From: Azolla caroliniana
Lineage: Eukaryota > Plantae > Polypodiophyta
Assembly: GCA_043228905.1 (NCBI GenBank)
Contig: JBHGNT010000007.1
Span: 7,750,001 to 7,814,000 of the forward strand
Direction of reading: 5' to 3'
Length of the DNA stretch: 64,000 nucleotides
Position 1 is the first letter of the stretch; every line of letters starts with the position of its first letter. This document shows positions 56,931-64,000 of this stretch, piece after piece. Under the pieces are notes generated by a model. The model was not told where the DNA came from, made no database searches, and worked only from the letters and a program-made list of their open reading frames with translations. The translations under genes were made by a program, and so were the position numbers.

Positions 56931-59900
56931 CATTTACATACCTAATTAATGTAATTTTAACAGGTGTCTAAATAGGAGAATGAAATATGGTGCAGCCAAA
57001 TACTATGAATCTGAGTACAACTGAAAGATGGGAAATTGGAGAAATTGTATTTGAGTATGCCTGTTGCAGTCATTGTTTTTTTTTCAACCATTATAAATTT
57101 CCCCATTTAGCGAATGAGAGAGTAGTTTTCGTTGATTTGTTGTCCAGTGGCTCATTATTGTTCCCTTGTGAATGTTACTACAAGTATTCTCTCTCTCTCT
57201 CTCTCTCTCTCTCTATGAAATAACTGTAGTTGGAATTGGAGGAACACTATGTTTTCGATTGTGTCATTTTTATTAAATATGAGGGGGTTGTCAAACAAGG
57301 CTCTGGCTCACTATGCAATAACTGGATATGAAGAAGACTGACTGTTATTCAAACTGTTCTTTCTCAAACTCAAGAGACAGAGAGAGAATTTGTTGGACAG
57401 CAATACAACCACTACACTCATCAACAAAGAACCATCCTGACTTTCTGTGACTCCATCGCTTATGCAACAAGTCCATAAAGGGCTACACAAGTAAGGTCTC
57501 AACGCCAACACTGGAAAGGAGTTACACTAGATCAGGCATTGAAATTTGCCATGCACATAGGGTAGTCGATCCATCTGGACTGCAACCATGTCATCCTTGT
57601 TATAGATGGGTGAAGGCCATCATCACCTGAAACTAAAGATGCTTCCCTCACTTTGGAGACCCCTCCATCTTGAATTAGCCCACACAGGAGATCTTTCAAT
57701 GACGCAGAGTTTCAGTCCATCTATGTTCAGAAGGTGAAGTGCTTGAGTAATGAGTTTTTCTAGTACCGAAGGTAGTTTTACTAATTTAGTTATATTTATT
57801 TTACTTTAATGCTTTTAAATATGAAATAGATTTTAAGATGTAATCTCTTATCTGGTTTGGTAAGTCATTTTGGCCTCTTAAAAGATGTAAATACATCTTT
57901 CCTTCTCTCTTTTTGTTTTGTTGAGCTCCTTTCTTGTAAGGAAAAAAATCTCTGTTGAAGTTGGTGACACATGTTACTTGTGTGTATATGCTTCCCCTCT
58001 TATACACACTGTTTTTGCTTACAGGTTGTTACTGAAACAGTCTCTTGCTGGATAAATACTCAATTTTTATAAATACTGGATATTGTTATCACTTGCTGCC
58101 ATGTGTACAGTAGGAGGTTAGTAAACGAGTCCAATAAATTTGATTTATATGCAGCATAGCCCAAATTTCAATTTTGTCAGATAAGCTTACGAGAGCAGTC
58201 TTGTAGTTTTTGTTGGTTATTAGATGTGCAAAAGAACATTTAAGAAATCTTCCCTTAAACATTTTCCTATGAACCATAAGAGAAGACAAAGGAAGTGAGG
58301 TTGATGTGGAAAAGGCTAAGTCCCTTTTTCTAGGGATGATGTTGATATGTTGAAGTACATTAGAATGTTGATGTGGGTTAACACTGAAGTGCTCTTCTGG
58401 AGTTTCCCCTTTTTTGGGTGCTGTTGATATGTTGAGATTGTATTCTAAATAAAAGAAAATTTAGATGTTTATTAAGAATGCAATCTCATTCAGTTATGAT
58501 GTGTGGAGGAGATATAAGAAGCTTCTTTTTGAAGGATGTTGACGTGGTGAAGGAATAAGAAGAGCCAGCTATAAGAAGCTCCTCTTTTGAAGGATGTTGA
58601 TGTGAAGGCATAAAAGTGCTCTTATGGGAGTCGATTATAAGAAGTAAACTTGGTTTTTAAGGAAACTTGGTTTTAAGGTGACTTACGTTACATGTTTCAT
58701 TTGAACTATCTAACCTATACATGTAATGACGTTGATTGCATGTTATTATCCATTTTATCCTTACTCAAACTCAATTATTGAATTGCAGGTGATGTGGAGG
58801 TTTTACTGATGATAATAATTTACTGAAGTTATAAAGAGAAATTCTGCGGCATTTCGAGGGTTTTCAACAAAATTATTCTTTACTCTTTATATTGATGATT
58901 ATAATTAGAATAAAGCAACTTTATCTCTTATAAAGTAAAATGCTATTCTATTCATTCAAATTTGTTGGTTCACCTTGCAAATAAATGTTGTTAAGCCGGA
59001 TTTAACTTTAGAATCTTGGGAGATTGTCTTTTTGTAAAGGGTTGTGTAACCACTCATAAAGCTTATTTATCTTTTATCCTTTATGAGAGTAATGTAAAAG
59101 GTTTCAAATATGAGTAGATTTACAGTGGTGGATGATCTTGGCATTTGGAGTAGCATGAAATCAAAATCAGAAAGCCAAGTGTGAACTTTTCAGTTTGGCT
59201 TGCTTACACAGATTTTAAGATATTAGTTGCTGAAAGCTCCATCACAAGATTCTTTGCTTATTGTTAGTTTTCCTCGAGTGGCCTTACCATTATGTGTACT
59301 TGAGTAACTGAAAGCGATGGTGTTCTATGTTTCGCATAAACAAGTGTTGTGGTCAACTTCAAGCTGAATGTAAATGACATGACATTTATTTTACTCTGAT
59401 TTCCCGACTATTGAACAATGCAAAACAAATAGCAGGATGCTCTTATCAACTATGGCACAATGTCACATAATTTCAAATTCGAAGGATGGACATACTACTT
59501 TTTTATGACTATTGTGCCATACTATGATATTTCTTGGGTTTTGTTCAAGAGTTGGAAAACCGATGTTAAACTATATAACATAACCTATAATCGTACTGGT
59601 GTTGGCACATTGCAACTCTTTGGAAAACTTATATATTTGTAGATTACAGAACCATGTGAATATAGGAGGTTAAACTCTTAATCATTGATTGCATTTTTTA
59701 GGCATTGAATATTAGTGCAGGAAATGGAGGTTGCGAAGAGGTGATATCTAACTTTGTCATGTGTTTTTATCCTTGACCAAGTTTAGTACTTTACCCCTTG
59801 CAAGCTTGAGAGAACAAATCAGCATATCAAAGTAAGACATAACCTTGACCTACCGAGTGTTTCATATGGAACTTGGAGGGTGAGCTTTGTTGTTGTGAAG

Positions 59901-59955
59901 TTGACATGGAGGCTAAACAAAGCATAGAAGAGGCTAACCACAACTTCAACAAAAT

Positions 59956-60128
59956 GTCATTATTTTACATCCATTGCTTATCGTGAGGTTGATGAGGATA
60001 TAGTACATATGATATCCTTTTAATGTCATGGCAGGTTGATAGTGATCTATGATACAAGGCCTAGCCCATGGCGAGGATTGAACCTCAATTTTGTGACTTT
60101 GATGGTAGAGTGTAAACCACCAAGCCAA
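59956..60128 (-). mobile_element. Candidate tRNA-derived SINE (173 bp)
   Basis: TGGCTTGGTGG A-box-like and GAGGTTCAATCCTC B-box/T-arm; flanked by the 9-bp direct repeat CAACAAAAT (59947-59955, 60129-60137). Confidence 0.6.
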
Positions 60129-60354
60129 CAACAAAATAGAAGAGATGAAGTGATGCACCAATAAAATCTAGTCTAATGTAAGATTCAGAGAGGTCCTTAC
60201 CTAGGTTAATTTATTTGGTATTTCCTCATTACTAAATATATGAAAGGATATTTGGTATCGTAGAGTTGTGAGAGTGTAGCTGAACTGTTAGATTTGGAGA
60301 GTTCCTCACCTAGTTAATTTATTTGGTATTTCCTTGTAGAGTAATTGCTTTAAT

Positions 60355-60538
60355 ATTTCCTCATTACTAAATGTATAAAAGAATGTTTTCTTCGTAGAGT
60401 AATTGCCTTAATATTTATTTGGTATTTCCTCATTGCTAAATGTATAAAAGAATGTTTTCTTCGTAGAGTAATTGCCTTAATATTTATTTGGTATTTCCTC
60501 ATTACTAAATGTACAAAAGAATGTTTTCTTCATAGAGT
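60355..60538 (+). repeat. 69-bp minisatellite, ~2.7 copies
   Basis: TCATT(A/G)CTAAATGTA...GTAGAGTAATTGCCTTAATATTTATTTGGTATTTCC at 60361, 60430 and 60499. Confidence 0.9.
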
Positions 60539-61422
60539 CCAGAATAACGAGCATTGATGAGTCTTGTGAATGGAAATAGGCTTGCTTTTGCATCAGATCT
60601 ACAATCATTATATTAATTCTAGAGCATTAATAGTGCAACCTCATGAAATGGTTGAGTAGTTATTGTTATTAAAAGGAAAAGTGAATATGATTTGTTGTCA
60701 TTTTTTTGAGCTTGATAAGGCATATTTGTAGAGTATCAAAAGAGATGTGGCACTATGATACAAATTTACAAACGATGGACATAAAATAACATGTATAGTG
60801 AAATGGTGTGACTCCATATTGTATTTAACTAAGAGGCTAATATTGTATGTTAACTTTTGACACTAAATGGTCACTACTACATTTTGGTTAAATGGTCTAT
60901 CGTATCTTGCATATATAAAACTATTGATATTAGAGCTCTCATGCAAAGACACTTACAAGAACTCTTGAGTGATGTATACATTATAGTGGGTGGTTGATTA
61001 TTATTAAACCAAGGGGTACACACCATGATTTCGTATTATCATTTCTCCACTAATTGAGTTTTTGCACGCATTACGTTCACCATCAAAATCTTTGTTAATG
61101 CTCACATTCATTGTAGGTATATTAAAATTTGTCCCCACAATTGAAGCCTACTTGCATTGCATTTAAAATTTGAGCTTCAAATGCCTACAAATCGTTTTTT
61201 CTGGTCAGAGTACTTTCAAAAGATTTTGTATGCCATTAGATTAAAGAAAATATCTTGGGAAAGTTTTGACATTGTAAGATATGGAAAACCATGGTACTCA
61301 TATATAAGTGATTAACTCAAAATGAAGCAAAAAGTATTTAAATCTAATCTCTCACAATATGTGGCTTGTTGAACCACAAAATGCCTATTGTTTTATTTTG
61401 CCGAGTAGATTGGACTTCGTAA

Positions 61423-63393
61423 CTAGTTTGTTGTTTTGTGAACAAGGCCCCCAATGGAGACAATAGTTCCATATACGCCTATGATGATACCAATAATAAC
61501 CATGATTAATATCATGATCTTTTTCATCACATTAAGCTGGTTCCAATAAAGCTTAAGGTAGAAGATACATGGGAAGATCAAGCATATGGCGATTGTCATG
61601 GATGATCCAACAAGTGCCACGATGTACTCAAAGTAAGGAAATACCATGGAGAAAATAGCAATCATGGCTAGCACCATGGATCTCATAAGTGTGCTAACAC
61701 CAAAGAGTATGCTCTTTGATGCCTTGCAACGTTGATAGAGGCCTGCCTCCAATGCTGTTGTAATAGGAGATAGTTGCAATGCGAATTTGAACATGGGTGT
61801 GAGCACTGTCATCCACAACACAATTTTTGTAGTTATAAACTTTAAAGGCATGCTTAGTGTTACTTGTGAGGCCGTTTCATCTCCAAACATGTAAGCTCCA
61901 AGTATGCCAAGGCCACTTATAGAAGTAGTTGCAATGACAAAGCTCACAAACAATACCTGCCATTTCAATAGAGCTTTCAAATAGATGGACATTGTAAAAT
62001 AAGAAACATAAATTTATGTGTGTGGTCGTGACGATATAATGTATGTGTGCGACATTTCAAACACTAGATAGTGCACCGTGTTCATTCAATATATGGAAGA
62101 AAACTATATTCTATGCGATGAGAGGAGAGGGGAATCTTACTTAAGTGAAACAAACAAAAACCTATGGTCCTTCCTAGTTATGAGAAGGAAATCTTAATGC
62201 AAGTAAATAGCAATTTAATATAAAAAACATAAGTTAAAGAGTAATGAGATACTGTTGACACTTTCTCTCACTATAATCCATGTGCTTTTCATAACTCGTG
62301 ACAATGTGATGTTGTAAAGAACAACTTGAGGCTGAGTCTAGTATGGGTTTTGGAGTTACCATTCACATTTGATCTAAGTATGTTGCATCTCACCCACAAG
62401 AAGTTTATGATGTTGAAGAGTAGGCACAGAGAGGATCCTAGTAATCTGCTATATTCCAACACACCAAGTTACCTATGTCACACCTAAGTTACAAGTCCTA
62501 TGGAAGGTGTTAATTCTACAAGCAAACCAAGGGGTAAAGATCCCTTGTGGGGGAGGATATAGTAATCCACTATATTTCATCACAGTAAGTTACTTCTGTC
62601 GCACCTTACAAGTCCTATGGGTTATAAAGTGTTAATTGTACATGCAAACCAATGGGAAAAGATGATTCCCTTCCTTGCCCACAAGTGTCAAAGGTGTTAA
62701 TTCTACATGCAAACCAAGTGGATGTGAGCCCTTCACACACACACACACACACATGACAAAGTACCTTTGGGAATTGGGAGCGGTCTTTCATTGAGGAGTA
62801 GATCGATGGAAACACGCTAGTGCCCCCAAACGAGAATGCGTAGAGGCCAGCAGCAACGGGGACTCCAGACATGCGGATAAGAGGTATAGGATGCGATACA
62901 CCGATGCCATTGATGGAGGCCGCGAGTACAACCGCCACCAACAATCCTAGTGTCGAAAATATGCACCATATGGATGTAAAAGAGAGTGCCGACAAGTCAC
63001 GTAGCCACACAGTCGGTAGAATGATGAGGGATGCCACGAAAATCATGAAATTGTGTCCGGTGAGTCCCGGTAGTCCCCAATGGTTGAGGGTCGGAAAGAG
63101 ATAGGCCAAGTTGTCCCCAACACTAATGCAATATCCAACCAATGTGCCCGTTATTTCAATATAGAACATGGCATCTATCACTGTTCTCATCCGTCGTCCA
63201 CACACTATCCTCGCAACACCTTCGTATGTTCCGTTGTCCTCTCCATCATCACAATCCTTGGCCGTTGCTATCTCCACACATCGTGACATCAAATAGGCGG
63301 CATACATGTATCCCGTTGATATTGCCACCCCTATCAATGCACCCGTCCACCCACCCTTTGCCACCGCAAATGGGGACGATAGCATTCCTAATC
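61423..63393 (-). CDS. AVT1: Amino acid transporter, AAAP/AVT1 family (AVT1H-like), 3' exons 63393-62765 and 61956-61423; first exon not found in the window
   Basis: GLGMLSSPFAVAKGGW, ILPTVWLRDLSALSF, GLYAFSFGGTSVFPSIYSSMKDRSQFPK|VLFVSF, YFEYIVALVGS..CLIFPCIFYLK; GT-AG boundaries in frame. Confidence 0.9.
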
Positions 63394-64000
63394 CTGCCAT
63401 CATTATCGCCCAATTCAGGTTTTATACAAAAAAACATGAGATATTATAGAATCTAGTTTCCTTTGACATGTTCTAGATATATATTGTGATGTACTTTAAG
63501 CAAGACACTCTAGTTCAGATCCTCTCTATGTACATTTCACAATATATTTTTAGCTATATATTTTGCGTCATTGCGCCCATGGATGTCAAATATGGCCAAT
63601 GGAACCCAAAGTGTCTAAACATTGCATTGTGTCATGTCGGAGTTGATAAGTGATCTCCAATGTTAAAGAATTCAACCAATTAATGTTGAAAGTGTAGGAA
63701 TTATCGGGAATGGTCGAAAATATGGGGGGTAGCTTGAACGTAAATGATGATGAATCATAATGATATTGTGTGATGCCCAAACTCACCAACTTGTTTATGC
63801 CTCATCTCATATTGAAGAGTATGTGTGTTGAATAATATGGAGCCAACGATGTAGATTACATAACCCTTGTTTCATTTTTCTATTTGTAGGCTTCAGAATC
63901 TACATTGGTTAACGATACATCCTAATTATCCCAATATTCGATGATTTTCGTTGTATCTGTAAAGATTTAGATTCATAAGAAGAATTTGGTGGCCATTTAG

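Noticed and set aside
62500-62722. Three imperfect GTGTTAATTCTACA..GCAAACCAA repeats in the AVT1 intron
   Set aside because: No TIR or TSD found; most likely a decayed repeat, too weak to classify
63781-63830. GTGAGT donor as the end of the first AVT1 exon
   Set aside because: The upstream translation does not resemble the conserved AVT1 N-terminal segment; the first exon is probably beyond the window

Overview
Eukaryotic nuclear DNA from a land plant, probably a fern or other seed-free plant (inferred from the retroelement lineages, long TE-filled intron and gene content). Bases 1-38,100 are a deeply nested retrotransposon stack that can be resolved by LTR termini and target-site duplications. 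From left to right: Gypsy A (-) sits inside Copia-1, which sits inside Copia-2. A Tcn1-like Gypsy (+) sits in the Copia-2 LTR and hosts Copia B (-). Copia B hosts Copia C (+, TSD AACAC; an RTE-X-like LINE sits in its 5' LTR) and Copia D (+, TSD GTTTA). Copia D hosts a young, nearly intact Gypsy E (-, 4-bp TSD ACGA). Two host genes follow. The first is a 7-exon RWD-RBR (RNF14/ARA54-like) E3 ubiquitin ligase on + (38788-55360). Its 13.2-kb first intron holds two Copia elements, a solo LTR, a hAT-type MITE and a train of LINEs. The second is the 3' part of an AVT1-family amino-acid transporter on - (61423-63393). The most unusual object is Gypsy E. It has an 18-nt tRNA-Trp primer site and a -1 frameshift signal (G GAU UUU plus a candidate pseudoknot) placed after the protease. 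Its LTR U3 carries an RY-motif cluster and two tandem tRNA-like Pol III cassettes antisense to the element. All calls were made by eye; no database searches were run.
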